Shown piece by piece: positions 8,919 through 18,762 of a stretch of DNA of 64,000 bases. The notes beneath the pieces were generated by a model. The model made no database searches. It was not told where the DNA came from and worked only from the letters and a program-made list of their open reading frames with translations. This stretch comes from Alistipes sp. Its GTDB lineage: Bacteria; Bacteroidota; Bacteroidia; Bacteroidales; Rikenellaceae. The DNA lies in the NCBI GenBank assembly GCA_017631255.1, contig JAGBTP010000022.1:1264-65263 (forward strand), given 5' to 3'. The position numbers were made by a program, and so were the translations under genes. Numbering within the stretch: position 1 is the stretch's first letter; each line of letters begins with the position of its first letter.

Positions 8919-10505
8919 TTAGTCGCAGTAGTGGTTGACAAGAGGCATAAGCCACTCGTGGCCGAAGGCGCAAGGTGAGAGACGAAGTACGGGTGGGAAC
9001 TGATATCTCTTCTTCTCGTTCTCCATAACCATACGGTGAATCTTCTCCACCACCGCTGAGTCGTAGCCGGCGTTGATGATCTCCTCACGATGCTGCTTCT
9101 TCTCAATCATACGGAACAGGATGGCGTCGATAATCTCGTAGTGAGGCATCGAGTCGCTATCCTTCTGGTTGGGGCGCAACTCCGACGATGGCTCCTTGTC
9201 GATGATGTTGTCGGGGATAACCTCGTTGTATGTTGCGTTGATGTATCGCGCAAGGTCGTAAATCTCGCCCTTGTATAGGTCTCCCGTAGGGCTGAATGTT
9301 CCCGCGGTGTCGCCATAGAGGGTGCACCAGCCGAGGGCATTCTCGCTCTTGTTCGACGAGTTGAGAAGCATATATCCCGTCTTGTTCTGCAACGCCATAA
9401 GCATCGTTGTGCGGATACGCGTCTGAATATTCTCCTCCGTAGCGTCGAACTCCGTACCTCCGATTACGGGCTGCAAGGTGCCCACCATAGCGTTGTATGC
9501 CTCGATGATTGGGAGCACGCTGTACTCCACGCCGAGGTTTTCGGCCAGCTGCTTGGCATCCTCCACGCTCTCATTAGGGGTGAAGGGCGATGGCATAAGC
9601 AACACACGAACATTCTCCTTGCCGAGTGCTCCCACCGCAAGGCAGGCAACAACCGCCGAGTCGATACCGCCCGAAAGACCTACGCAGGCCTTGGTGTAGC
9701 CGTTCTTCTGGAAGTAGTCGTGCAGACCGAGACACGCCGCCTCGTAGAGCATACGGGTGCGGTCGTTATATGTGGTGAAGGGGACATCGAATGGCTCGTT
9801 GACGGCCTCGGTGTCGAAGATCTGCATATCCTCGCTGAAACTCTTGAGTAGCATAACGAGCTTACCATCGCTGTTGAGGATGCCCGAAGTGCCGTCATAT
9901 ACGATGTCGCCTGAGCCACCCACCTGGTTAACCAGAATGAGGGTCTTGCCCTCGGCAAATGCCAAGCGGCTCATCTTGTCGAAGCGGCGAGAGAGGATGC
10001 CCTTACCATAGCGGCGAGCATTCACCGAGATGATGATGTCTATCTCCTCGTCGATGTCGTCCATACGGCTGAGGTCGTCACCCACCACCACCTTGAGGGT
10101 CTTGCCACAGAGGTGTATGGTCTGGCTACCTACCGACGAGCCTACGATGTAGCCCATCTCACGACGCGCCGTAACATAACGCTTGCCGATGTACTCAATG
10201 TTGCCGTTGGTGTCGATGTACGCGGCGGCGCTGATAGGGCCCTCGGCAGTGAGGTATGGCGTGCCGACGATGGCGGCGATGCCGTGGCAGCTATCTGCAA
10301 TGCGCTCGACGGCCTCTTCGCAGAGGGTCAGGAATGTGGTCTTGGTGAGAAGACCATAGGCAGGTGTGCCCGATATTGCGAATTCGGGGAATATCACAAT
10401 GTCGGCACCCGAGTGCTTAGCGCCCTCGATTGCGGTGATAATCTTATCGCTGTTGGCCTTGATGTCGCCAACGGTAAAGTTGAGCTGAGCTAATGCTATC
10501 TTCAT
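8919..10505 (-). CDS. nadE: NAD+ synthetase, two-domain form with degenerate glutaminase (nitrilase) domain
   Basis: MKIALAQLN, FPEF; GLSGGIDS, ENIQTRIR, NKSE, TLYGD, PSSELRPNQKDSD. Confidence 0.93.
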   Translation of the reverse strand: MKIALAQLNFTVGDIKANSDKIITAIEGAKHSGADIVIFPEFAISGTPAYGLLTKTTFLTLCEEAVERIADSCHGIAAIVGTPYLTAEGPISAAAYIDTNGNIEYIGKRYVTARREMGYIVGSSVGSQTIHLCGKTLKVVVGDDLSRMDDIDEEIDIIISVNARRYGKGILSRRFDKMSRLAFAEGKTLILVNQVGGSGDIVYDGTSGILNSDGKLVMLLKSFSEDMQIFDTEAVNEPFDVPFTTYNDRTRMLYEAACLGLHDYFQKNGYTKACVGLSGGIDSAVVACLAVGALGKENVRVLLMPSPFTPNESVEDAKQLAENLGVEYSVLPIIEAYNAMVGTLQPVIGGTEFDATEENIQTRIRTTMLMALQNKTGYMLLNSSNKSENALGWCTLYGDTAGTFSPTGDLYKGEIYDLARYINATYNEVIPDNIIDKEPSSELRPNQKDSDSMPHYEIIDAILFRMIEKKQHREEIINAGYDSAVVEKIHRMVMENEKKRYQFPPVLRLSPCAFGHEWLMPLVNHYCD

Positions 10506-10764
10506 AGTTTCATATCTACTTTTTCGCCTACGAAAAAATGGGCTATACCTTAGGTATAGTAATATGCGGGCAAAGATACTAAAAAAATGTTAATGCGCAA
10601 ACGCTTGTGGTAAATATGGTGGAAAATGGCTTTTTCGTCGCCTCGTCCCTGCGCCTCACTATCCCCACTGCACGAGTTGTCGTTGCCCACCTCAGTGCCA
10701 ATAAAAAAGGCGAGCCGCACCGCTATGGCGTGACTCGCTATGTTGTTATGCGTGAGTGTGTTCT

Positions 10765-11283
10765 CTATCGCAAAGGCTCTGCTGCTGCGATGAAACGCTG
10801 CTGCTCTGCCTCGTCCATCTCGCCCTTGTGTACATAGACCAACTCGCCCTGCTTGTTGATGAGCATAATGACAAACATATTGTCGCAATCGCCCAGACGC
10901 CACGCGCTGCTGATGTAGTGGTCAGGGTCGCAGAGGATGGTAGCGCCATTCTTTGCGGTACGCGCATCGGCAATCTTACGCACGAGGTTGTTAGGATATA
11001 CCGCATCCTTGAGGTTTACGATGCCAAAGCCCTCGATGTTTGGTCCCTGTACACGACCTGTCTCCTCGATGTATGTGATGAAGTCGTGGTTCTGCTTAGG
11101 CACCTCAGGGTCGACATAGAAGATAAGAAGGTTCTTCTCGCCCCACCAAGGCAGGCGTGCCTTCTTGGCGTCGAGGTCCTGAACCTCCACATTGCGCACC
11201 TTGCGAGGTAGCGACTGCGCCTCTGCGGTGTTGGCGATGGCGAATGTTGCGAGAGCAACGATAAGGAGTGCTTTGAGTTTCAT
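10765..11283 (-). CDS. Secreted YtfJ-like / thioredoxin-fold protein
   Basis: Signal peptide AEA-Q, LLIFYVDP, LINKQGELVYVHKG; promoter element at 11325-11332. Confidence 0.55.
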   Translation of the reverse strand: MKLKALLIVALATFAIANTAEAQSLPRKVRNVEVQDLDAKKARLPWWGEKNLLIFYVDPEVPKQNHDFITYIEETGRVQGPNIEGFGIVNLKDAVYPNNLVRKIADARTAKNGATILCDPDHYISSAWRLGDCDNMFVIMLINKQGELVYVHKGEMDEAEQQRFIAAAEPLR

Positions 11284-11503
11284 ATTGAGTAACTTTTTTG
11301 TATTCAACGAATTTTTATCGGCGGCAAAGATATGAAAAATATCGTTAATGTCTCACAGCAAAAGCTGCTCCAACGCGCCTAAATGGCCAATTTAGTTCTA
11401 AAAGCGACAAAGAATTAAACAAACGCGCATTTTTATTCAACGAATAGCGCTCGCTTTTCGCGCGAAAAGACCTATATTTGTAGCCTAATAAACCGATTGA
11501 GAT

Positions 11504-11980
11504 ATGAAACAGAGAGTACTTTTCGTATGTTTGGGAAATATATGTCGCTCCCCGGCTGCCGAGGCGATATTCCGTATGTATGTCGAGCGCGAGGGTCTTG
11601 GCGAGGCCTTTGTCATCGACTCTGCCGGCACCTATGGTGGCCATAGCGGCGAGCGCTCCGATGCCCGTATGCGCAGCGCAGCGGCAAATCGTGGCATCCC
11701 GATGACGCACCGTGCGCGTCAGGTCAGGGAGGAGGATTTCGAGGCCTTCGATTATATCCTGGCTATGGACGACAACAACTACGAGGCGCTCTTCCGCCTT
11801 GCCCCCAGCCGTGCAGCGCAGCAGAAGATATACCGCTTCCGTGAGTTCCTCGTCAACCACCCCGATTGGTCATACATCCCCGACCCATATTACGAGGGTC
11901 GCGAGGGCTTTGAGCTTGTCCTCGACCTCCTTGAGGACGGATGTCGGGTGCTCCTCGACAGACTCCGTAGCGAGAAGTAG
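11504..11980 (+). CDS. Low molecular weight protein-tyrosine phosphatase
   Basis: CLGNICRS P-loop, DPYY. Confidence 0.95.
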   Translation: MKQRVLFVCLGNICRSPAAEAIFRMYVEREGLGEAFVIDSAGTYGGHSGERSDARMRSAAANRGIPMTHRARQVREEDFEAFDYILAMDDNNYEALFRLAPSRAAQQKIYRFREFLVNHPDWSYIPDPYYEGREGFELVLDLLEDGCRVLLDRLRSEK

Positions 11981-12088
11981 GGGCAACACCACCCCGTGTT
12001 TTGGGGTGTCGCTGGGTCGTAAAAATCCTCAACCCTAAACCCCTCCCCTCCCCAATTTGCAGGTTCGCACAGCCCGCATACAAAAAAA

Positions 12089-12113
12089 AGGACTATCCAC
12101 GGCGGATAGTCCT
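12089..12113. terminator. Bidirectional terminator hairpin (shared-stem family)
   Basis: A-run GGACTATCC-acggc-GGATAGTCC T-run. Confidence 0.8.
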
Positions 12114-12134
12114 ATTTTCATATTGATGCCTCTG

Positions 12135-13424
12135 TTAGTGCCAGATAGCGGGCTTGATGATGCCGAACATAAGCCACGCGATGAAGAGCGTAACCACGAT
12201 GTTGAATATCTGCGCACCGAGGAACGAGAAGAGCAGTTTGCGGTTCTCTTTCGAGACGATATCCTTGAGGCGTGTGTCCATACCGATGCAGACGAACGAG
12301 AGCGAGAAGAAGAAGGTCGAGAAGCTCTTTGCGAGTGTGGTCTCCACAATCTTGCCGCTTGCGCTGTGGGTGAGCATATCGCCCGTTTGCAGTAGGCTGA
12401 ACACTGCCGAGGCGATGACAAAGCCGAGGATGAACTTGGGGAACTTCTCCCACACTATGCCAAACGAGGGTCGGTTGAAGCTCTTGCCATCACCCGAACG
12501 CGCCGATAGGTAGAGGGCTATGAAGAATGCCACCACGCCGATAAGTACATTCTGCGTAGCCTTAACCACGATGGCCGTCTTCTGCGCCGCCTCGCCACAC
12601 ATCTCCGACGAGGCGCCTACACCCGAGGTGGTGTCGATGGTGCCACCAATCCACGCACCCGCAATCTCGCTCTGAAGAACAGGGTTGTCGGTAAGGTGTG
12701 GCACGATGATGCTCGCCAGCCAAGGCATAAGGTAGATCATCGGCACCACGATGATGAGTACCAATGAGATGATATACGATAGGCTCTTCTTATCTGTGCC
12801 CGCAACGCCCGCCGCTGTGATGCAGGCCGACACGCCGCATATCGACACGCCACTTGCCAGCGTCATAGCCGAGGCGTGCTCCACCTTGAGCTTACGCGCA
12901 AGCCAGTAGGCGAAGAACCATACGATAGCCACGACAAGGATTGCCTGCAACAATCCCGCTGCGCCCGACTTCATAACATCGGAGAAGAGTACCGTAGCAC
13001 CGAGGCACACCACGCCAATCTTGATGAAGAACTCACCCTGAATGGCGGGCTTGAGCCATTCGGGCACACGGAAGAGGTTGCGGATGATGAGTCCGAAGAT
13101 GACCGAGAAGAATACGGCCTCAAAGCCGTAGAACTTCACAGCCTCAATCTTTGCCACCCACTGCGCCAAGGTGGCCACAGCGAAGATGACGATAAACGAT
13201 AATAGGAGTCCCTTCAAAGGTCTACTAAGCAGACGATTGCCGATGTATAGCAGCACGAGTGCTATGACAAAGAACCCTCCAATGTTGTACCACGCGTCGA
13301 GGGTCGTTAGCGTGTCGGGAATTTTGAAGCCCCCACCGGGCAGATACGATGCTAAGCCAGTTAAAATGAGTAGCGGTATGCTTAGAAATGTTACAATCCA
13401 ATCTTCTGTTAAAAACCTTTTCAT
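12135..13424 (-). CDS. YeiH / putative sulfate exporter family transporter
   Basis: About 12 TM helices; SGVSICGVSA, GAWIGGTIDTT. Confidence 0.85.
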   Translation of the reverse strand: MKRFLTEDWIVTFLSIPLLILTGLASYLPGGGFKIPDTLTTLDAWYNIGGFFVIALVLLYIGNRLLSRPLKGLLLSFIVIFAVATLAQWVAKIEAVKFYGFEAVFFSVIFGLIIRNLFRVPEWLKPAIQGEFFIKIGVVCLGATVLFSDVMKSGAAGLLQAILVVAIVWFFAYWLARKLKVEHASAMTLASGVSICGVSACITAAGVAGTDKKSLSYIISLVLIIVVPMIYLMPWLASIIVPHLTDNPVLQSEIAGAWIGGTIDTTSGVGASSEMCGEAAQKTAIVVKATQNVLIGVVAFFIALYLSARSGDGKSFNRPSFGIVWEKFPKFILGFVIASAVFSLLQTGDMLTHSASGKIVETTLAKSFSTFFFSLSFVCIGMDTRLKDIVSKENRKLLFSFLGAQIFNIVVTLFIAWLMFGIIKPAIWH

Positions 13425-13459
13425 ATTATCCTATTTGCGTTTATTGTGGTATGCGATCG

Positions 13460-14479
13460 TTAGAACATCGCCGTCACCAAGAGGTTGAAGCCAAAGCCCC
13501 TTCGATACTCTCTTGGAGCCAGGTCGTTAACCTCATAGTTTAGGTTGCCCTGCAAGCGGAGGAACTTGAATGGCTTGTAAGCTGCACCAATCTGAGTGCG
13601 CTCGCGGTTGAGAACGGAGCCGTTGTCCTTGATGAACTCGTAGCGTGCATATAGCGACCAAGACTGCTCGAAGTTGTAGCCTGCCAAGGCGTAGAATGCG
13701 TCGGTCTTAGCGCCAAACATATTAGCGTGAACATACTCGGTGCGGCCAATCCACTTGCCATCCTCGTACAACGCACCCACAGACCAGCGTGGTGCCTTAG
13801 CGTAGATGTCGTCATCAACATTGGTCTCTGCATACATATACGAAGCAGTTACGCCAAAGCCCTTGAAAGGCTTGACAAGGAGGCGAGCCACGAGGTCCTT
13901 CGACGAGTTGTCGTCCTTGCGGTTGATGCCCGAACCGTTGAATACGCCGAGGTTGTAGTTGATGATGTTGTAGCCATCGCGCTCGATGAAGCCACCATAG
14001 AGCTGGAAACCGATATCACGACCCGTAGATGCGATGCCGTCGTACATACCATTGTTACGCACGAGGTAGGTGGTGATGTATGAGTACTCGATAAACTCCA
14101 CGGTTGTAGGGCCACAGTTCTCGTTCTCGTACGAGAATGGCACCTTGAACTGACCAATCTGGAGGTTGAGGCCCTTGAGAGGCTTGTAGCGAACATAGAG
14201 GTCGCAAATCTTTGGCGAGCCAGCCATATCGACCTGAAGGCGGTAGTCGACCTTCTCCTGTGCGGCGTTGCCCGATAGGCTCAGACGAGCACGGTGGAGG
14301 TAGAATGTCGTTGCAGGCTCTGTGTTATCATCCCAGCGGAAGCCGCCCTGGAGGTATCCCGAAAGCGTAAGGTACTTATCTGCGAAGGCACGAACCTTCT
14401 CTGCCGAGGTCTCCTGTGCCTGAGCGGTGAAGCAGATGGCGATAGTGGCGAAAGCCAAAAGTAGACGGTTAATCTTCAT
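13460..14479 (-). CDS. OprO/OprP-like outer-membrane porin
   Basis: Start MKINRLL at 14479 with signal peptide; RARLSLSG, IGQFKVPFS, GRDIG, GVFNGSG; C-terminal Phe. Confidence 0.8.
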   Translation of the reverse strand: MKINRLLLAFATIAICFTAQAQETSAEKVRAFADKYLTLSGYLQGGFRWDDNTEPATTFYLHRARLSLSGNAAQEKVDYRLQVDMAGSPKICDLYVRYKPLKGLNLQIGQFKVPFSYENENCGPTTVEFIEYSYITTYLVRNNGMYDGIASTGRDIGFQLYGGFIERDGYNIINYNLGVFNGSGINRKDDNSSKDLVARLLVKPFKGFGVTASYMYAETNVDDDIYAKAPRWSVGALYEDGKWIGRTEYVHANMFGAKTDAFYALAGYNFEQSWSLYARYEFIKDNGSVLNRERTQIGAAYKPFKFLRLQGNLNYEVNDLAPREYRRGFGFNLLVTAMF

Positions 14480-14736
14480 AATTTTAGTTCTTGAATTAAA
14501 AATTCGGTGCAAATGTAAATCAAAAATGTTATACTCTTGGTGGTATAAATACCTAATCGGAGATATATTACTATCTCTTTTGTGGGCGAATGTGGTCTTT
14601 ATTGTTACCACTCGTCTCGCGTTGTTGTGTGTGCGTGGTTTTTCTATCTCTTTGTGTGTAAGTGTTTTAGTGGTGAATGTTTAGGGTTAATAATTGTATA
14701 TAAACGCAAATGTGATTACGAATATGAGTCTCGTTG

Positions 14737-15225
14737 TTACAGCTCCATAAGTAGCTGAGGGTCAGGGCGTAAGTTGACTACGCGCAGCTTGTTTTTGCGT
14801 GCCTGCTTGACCGTGTAGCCCGTTCCGCTTGACGAGCCATCCCACCACGCCACGACGATGTCAGCACCCTCGATGAGCCTGTCGTTGCGCTGGTAGAAGA
14901 TGGCGTGCGAGTAGTTATGGTCGATGTATACCGTTAACACGCAGTGACTTACGATATTGAGGTAACGACGCTGGTCCTCTACGCTAAAGCGCTTGTAGAA
15001 GCTGGGCCAGGGGATATATGCCTCGAGGCGTATGTCGGCGTGTGCGGACATCAGTGCAATCACTGCCTCTGCCGCTGCGAGGTCGAAACCTTCGGCCATA
15101 CCGACACGAAAGGTCCTCGCCCCCTCGGCGTAGAGCGCAGCGATGCACGCGTCGAGCGTCCCGTTTGCGCTGCCGTCGTAGGCTCTGTGGCCCGTAAATG
15201 CTACTATGGTATTTGCTCTATTCAC
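14737..15225 (-). CDS. SLOG-family (DUF1273/YspA-like) protein
   Basis: AFTGHR, GMAEGFDL, QRND, SGTGYTV; GTG start directly after TATCTTTG (15230-15237), probably leaderless. Confidence 0.8.
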   Translation of the reverse strand: MNRANTIVAFTGHRAYDGSANGTLDACIAALYAEGARTFRVGMAEGFDLAAAEAVIALMSAHADIRLEAYIPWPSFYKRFSVEDQRRYLNIVSHCVLTVYIDHNYSHAIFYQRNDRLIEGADIVVAWWDGSSSGTGYTVKQARKNKLRVVNLRPDPQLLMEL

Positions 15226-15343
15226 GCCGCAAAGATAGGAAAAAAGCCGCAACGCGAGATATCCCTCTGCACCTTATCGTGTTACAATGTTGTTAATTTT
15301 GGGTTGCAACGAGTAGTGGGACTTACTTCCGGTTGCAGTGTGC

Positions 15344-15457
15344 GATGTCACTAATTTTTGGCGATGCAGCCCGATGTCACTAATTTTCGGTTGCGCAGCT
15401 CTATATCTCAATTTTTGGCGATGCAGCCAGATGTCTATGATTTTTGTTGTGCGGCCC
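15344..15457 (+). repeat. Degenerate tandem repeat, about 29 bp x 4
   Basis: Units start at 15344, 15373, 15402, 15430; consensus GATGTCACTAATTTTTGGCGATGCAGCCC. Confidence 0.75.
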
Positions 15458-15484
15458 TATGTCGCACGCGTTGCCACCCCCATT

Positions 15485-15499
15485 TGGCGCGAGGTTTGC
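15485..15499 (+). promoter_or_regulatory. Putative sigma54 -24/-12 promoter for ytxH operon
   Basis: TGGCGC-GAGGT-TTGC, 33 nt before ATG 15533. Confidence 0.65.
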
Positions 15500-15532
15500 T
15501 TGTGTAGGGGTGAAGTCTTAAATCTTACGATT

Positions 15533-15730
15533 ATGAAAAATTCAGCATTATGTCTACTCTCAGCACTTGGAGGTGCTATGGTAGGTGCGGTGGTCGCAAT
15601 GCTCGTCACACCGCAGTCGGGTAAGGAGTTGCGCTCGAAGATTCGTACCGCTGTCGACGAGGCGGCGGAGCATATGCGCAGACATAAGGGTTGCACCTGT
15701 GGTGCCGATGACTGCGATTGCGATGAATAA
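15533..15730 (+). CDS. YtxH-domain protein
   Basis: GGAMVGAVVAMLVTPQSGKELRSKI. Confidence 0.85.
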   Translation: MKNSALCLLSALGGAMVGAVVAMLVTPQSGKELRSKIRTAVDEAAEHMRRHKGCTCGADDCDCDE

Positions 15731-15742
15731 CGGTGTGGGGGT

Positions 15743-16030
15743 ATGGGTGTGATGGCACTACTCTTTCTCTGCGTGGTACTTCTCGCGCTTATGCTCCTTA
15801 CGGCGGCACTCGTGATATGGCTCGCTGAGGCTGTGGCATCCCTGCTGGGTGCGCTGCTCCTCGTAGCGGGCCTCTACGGTGTCGTCGCGGTGGTAATCTA
15901 TCGTCTCTCGCTGCGTGCTGCCGTCGAGCAACTGCGTAGTCGTATGGCTACGATATACGAGGTGAGCGCCCTGCTCAGCACGCTCTACCGCCAAGTGCTC
16001 AGCATTGTGCGCACGATATTGGGTGGGTAG
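15743..16030 (+). CDS. Small membrane protein (YqjE / holin-like)
   Basis: Two long hydrophobic helices; follows YtxH. Confidence 0.55.
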   Translation: MGVMALLFLCVVLLALMLLTAALVIWLAEAVASLLGALLLVAGLYGVVAVVIYRLSLRAAVEQLRSRMATIYEVSALLSTLYRQVLSIVRTILGG

Positions 16031-16093
16031 ACAAAAAATTAGCAATGCCTGGTAGTCAAAGAGAGATCTTTGCCCCAGACATCGCTAATTATC

Positions 16094-16133
16094 CTTATAT
16101 TATAGAGCAGCCGCTTATATTATAGAGCGGCCG
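16094..16133. repeat. 20-bp tandem duplication
   Basis: CTTATATTATAGAGCAGCCG followed by CTTATATTATAGAGCGGCCG. Confidence 0.8.
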
Positions 16134-16170
16134 CATATGTGTGATGGCCCTCTCGCTACGAGGTCTCTCG

Positions 16171-17367
16171 TTAGAAGAAGTCCTTTGCAAGACCACCCTC
16201 GCCCGTCTCCTTGTAGATGGATGGCAGGTCGTGTCCCGTCTGCTTCATCACCTCCACCACACGGTCGAACGACACGCGGTGGTGGCCGTCGGTGTACATC
16301 GAGTAGAGGTTGGCATCGAGGGCACGCGCCGCAGCGTAGGCATTACGCTCAATGCACGGTATCTGCACAAGGCCGCACACAGGGTCGCAGGTCATACCGA
16401 GGTGGTGCTCAAGACCCATCTCCGCCGCATACTCAATCTGCGCTGGCGTGCCACCAAAGAGCTGGTTTGCTGCCGCAGCAGCCATAGCGCACGCTACGCC
16501 CACCTCGCCCTGACATCCTACCTCGGCACCCGAAATCGAGGCGTTCTCCTTGACGATGTTGCCGATAAGACCCGCCGTTGCGAGGGCGCGACATATGCGT
16601 GACTCGGTGAACTCACGCGTCTTCCATAGGTGGTATAATACGGCTGGTAATACGCCCGACGAGCCACAGGTAGGTGCCGTCACGATGCGGCCACCCGAGG
16701 CATTCTCCTCGCTTACGGCAAGGGCATACGAGAAGATGAGGCCACGCGACTGCAAGCTCTGCTTATAGCCCGATGCGCGCACATTGTATCGCATAGCGCG
16801 TCGTGGTAGGTTCAGTGGGCCTGGTATCACGCCATCGGTCTCGATGCCTCGTTCCACAGCCTCACGCATCACGCGCCATATCTTTGCAAGGAATATCCAT
16901 ATCTCCTTACCCTCGTACATCTCGACATACTCCCAGAAGGTGCGGCCATTGTCGGTACACCACTTGAGGATGTCGTTGAGCTTGGTGTGTGGGTAGATGT
17001 CTGCTGTCTCGATGGGGGTGCTATCCTCCTCGGCGAGGGCGCCGCCACCAACACTATATACCGTCCAGTCGTCCGTCACGCAGTTGTCCTCGATAGCCTC
17101 GAAGCGCATACCGTTGGGGTGGAAGGGCTTGAATACCGACGGCTCCCAGATGAGCTCCACATTGCCGTGTGGGCGCAGGGTGTCGAATATCGCCTGGTCG
17201 GTGAGGTGACCTCGTCCCGTAGCGGCAAGGCTGCCGTAGAGGGTCACGCGGAAGTATTGACAGTCGGGGTTGCGGTGCTGGAATATCTCAGCAGCACGGC
17301 GTGGCGCCATAGTGTGGCTGCTCGAAGGTCCTGTGCCGATGCGGTATAGCTCTTTAATGCTCTTCAT
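16171..17367 (-). CDS. sdaA: Fe-S L-serine dehydratase, single chain
   Basis: GPSSSHT, LYGSLAATGRGHLTD, VTAPTCGS, GCQGEVG, LVQIPCIERN. Confidence 0.95.
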   Translation of the reverse strand: MKSIKELYRIGTGPSSSHTMAPRRAAEIFQHRNPDCQYFRVTLYGSLAATGRGHLTDQAIFDTLRPHGNVELIWEPSVFKPFHPNGMRFEAIEDNCVTDDWTVYSVGGGALAEEDSTPIETADIYPHTKLNDILKWCTDNGRTFWEYVEMYEGKEIWIFLAKIWRVMREAVERGIETDGVIPGPLNLPRRAMRYNVRASGYKQSLQSRGLIFSYALAVSEENASGGRIVTAPTCGSSGVLPAVLYHLWKTREFTESRICRALATAGLIGNIVKENASISGAEVGCQGEVGVACAMAAAAANQLFGGTPAQIEYAAEMGLEHHLGMTCDPVCGLVQIPCIERNAYAAARALDANLYSMYTDGHHRVSFDRVVEVMKQTGHDLPSIYKETGEGGLAKDFF

Positions 17368-17396
17368 ATGCGATATGTTGTAACGGTTTCCGACTA

Positions 17397-17456
17397 CAAA
17401 TATAATACAATTTTGCGATTGGCTATTTCATAATTATAAACTTTTCGGTAACTTTG
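17397..17456. promoter_or_regulatory. Back-to-back sigma-A promoters (sdaA / hemW)
   Basis: TATATTTG on minus (17397-17404) and TAACTTTG on plus (17449-17456). Confidence 0.65.
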
Positions 17457-17476
17457 TCTCAATAGAAAAATGTATT

Positions 17477-18589
17477 ATGTCGACACTCTACCTCCATATC
17501 CCCTTCTGTAAGCGAATATGCACCTACTGCGACTTCTATAAGGTCGGTGCCGTCGAGCTGCTGCCTCGCGTGGTGGAGGCTATGCACGAGGAGCTGGAGG
17601 CGAGGCGTAACTACCTAAGTGATAGGCGTCTCTCGTCGATATATTTCGGTGGTGGCACCCCTTCGCTCCTCGCACCTGAGCAGGTGGAGCACTTCATCGC
17701 CCACGCACGCCAACTGTTCGACTGCTCGGAGGTGGGCGAGATAACCCTCGAGGCTAACCCCGATGACCTTACGGCTGAGTATGTCGCCCGCCTAAGGGAT
17801 ACCTCGATTAACCGCCTTAGCCTTGGCATACAATCCTTCGATGACAGAGTGCTACGCTTTATGAATCGCCGCCATAGCGCACTTGAGGCCGTTGAGGCGG
17901 TGGAGAGGCTGCGTAGAGCGGGGTATGATAACCTCTCGATAGATGTAATCTTCGGTGTCGGGGGCTTTGGCGACGACCACCTTAGGGAGAGCCTTGAGCG
18001 CGCTATTACGCTCGATGTGGAGCATATATCGGCCTACCACCTTACGGTTGAGGAGCGCACACGCCTGGGACTCATGGTGCGCAAGGGTGAGTACACGCCC
18101 GTAGGCGAGGAGTGCTCCGAGAGGGAGTATGCCCTTGTGGAGGAGATGCTTGGCGGCGCAGGCTATGAGCACTACGAGGTGTCGAACTATGCAAAGAGGG
18201 GACGACGCGCGCAACATAATTCGGCCTATTGGGCAGGTGTGGAGTACCTCGGTATAGGCGCTGGTGCACACTCGTTTAGTGGCGACGACCGTACTTGGTG
18301 TATCTCTACGGCTAAGGAGTATGCCCAACGCGATTTCCGCTTTGAGAGTGAGCAGCTAAGCACGACCGACCACCTCAACGAGTATGTTATGACCTCGCTG
18401 CGCAGGATAGAAGGCATCGACCTTCGCCATATAGAGGAGCGCTTCGGTGCGGCGCAGCGTAGTAGGGTGGTGGCCTCCGCAAAGAGCTGGATTGAGGGCG
18501 GCGTGCTCCGCCTCGAGGGTGAGAGCCTCGCCATCCCAACCTCGCAGTTTATGCTCTCAGATGCTGTGATTGAGGCACTTTTCGTATAA
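17477..18589 (+). CDS. hemW: Radical SAM heme chaperone HemW
   Basis: LYLHIPFCKRICTYCDF, GGGTPS, YEVSNYA, HNSAYW. Confidence 0.9.
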   Translation: MSTLYLHIPFCKRICTYCDFYKVGAVELLPRVVEAMHEELEARRNYLSDRRLSSIYFGGGTPSLLAPEQVEHFIAHARQLFDCSEVGEITLEANPDDLTAEYVARLRDTSINRLSLGIQSFDDRVLRFMNRRHSALEAVEAVERLRRAGYDNLSIDVIFGVGGFGDDHLRESLERAITLDVEHISAYHLTVEERTRLGLMVRKGEYTPVGEECSEREYALVEEMLGGAGYEHYEVSNYAKRGRRAQHNSAYWAGVEYLGIGAGAHSFSGDDRTWCISTAKEYAQRDFRFESEQLSTTDHLNEYVMTSLRRIEGIDLRHIEERFGAAQRSRVVASAKSWIEGGVLRLEGESLAIPTSQFMLSDAVIEALFV

Positions 18590-18762
18590 AGTGCATAAAT
18601 AGTTTGGTGTTTTGAAAATAAATGCCTAACTTTACTAAGCAAAATTGCATTTTCCCCCGCTTGCACCGCCTTGTGTGTTTCTATCTTGCTAAAGGACAAA
18701 GGCTTAAGGTGCAGATTTGTTGTATATGATAGCGTAAATATTTATTTTATAGAGTATATATT

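Noticed and set aside
14480-14611. Extended N-termini in the ORF track (porin; also rnfG, 24220, 40677, 40714, 49902, 15338)
   Set aside because: Extensions run through promoter elements or neighbouring genes; downstream starts give proper signal peptides or family N-termini
14737-15225. SLOG protein as part of an anti-phage system
   Set aside because: Stand-alone gene with no TIR, Sir2, nuclease or other partner nearby
15743-16030. Holin indicating a prophage remnant
   Set aside because: YtxH-associated membrane protein context; no phage genes
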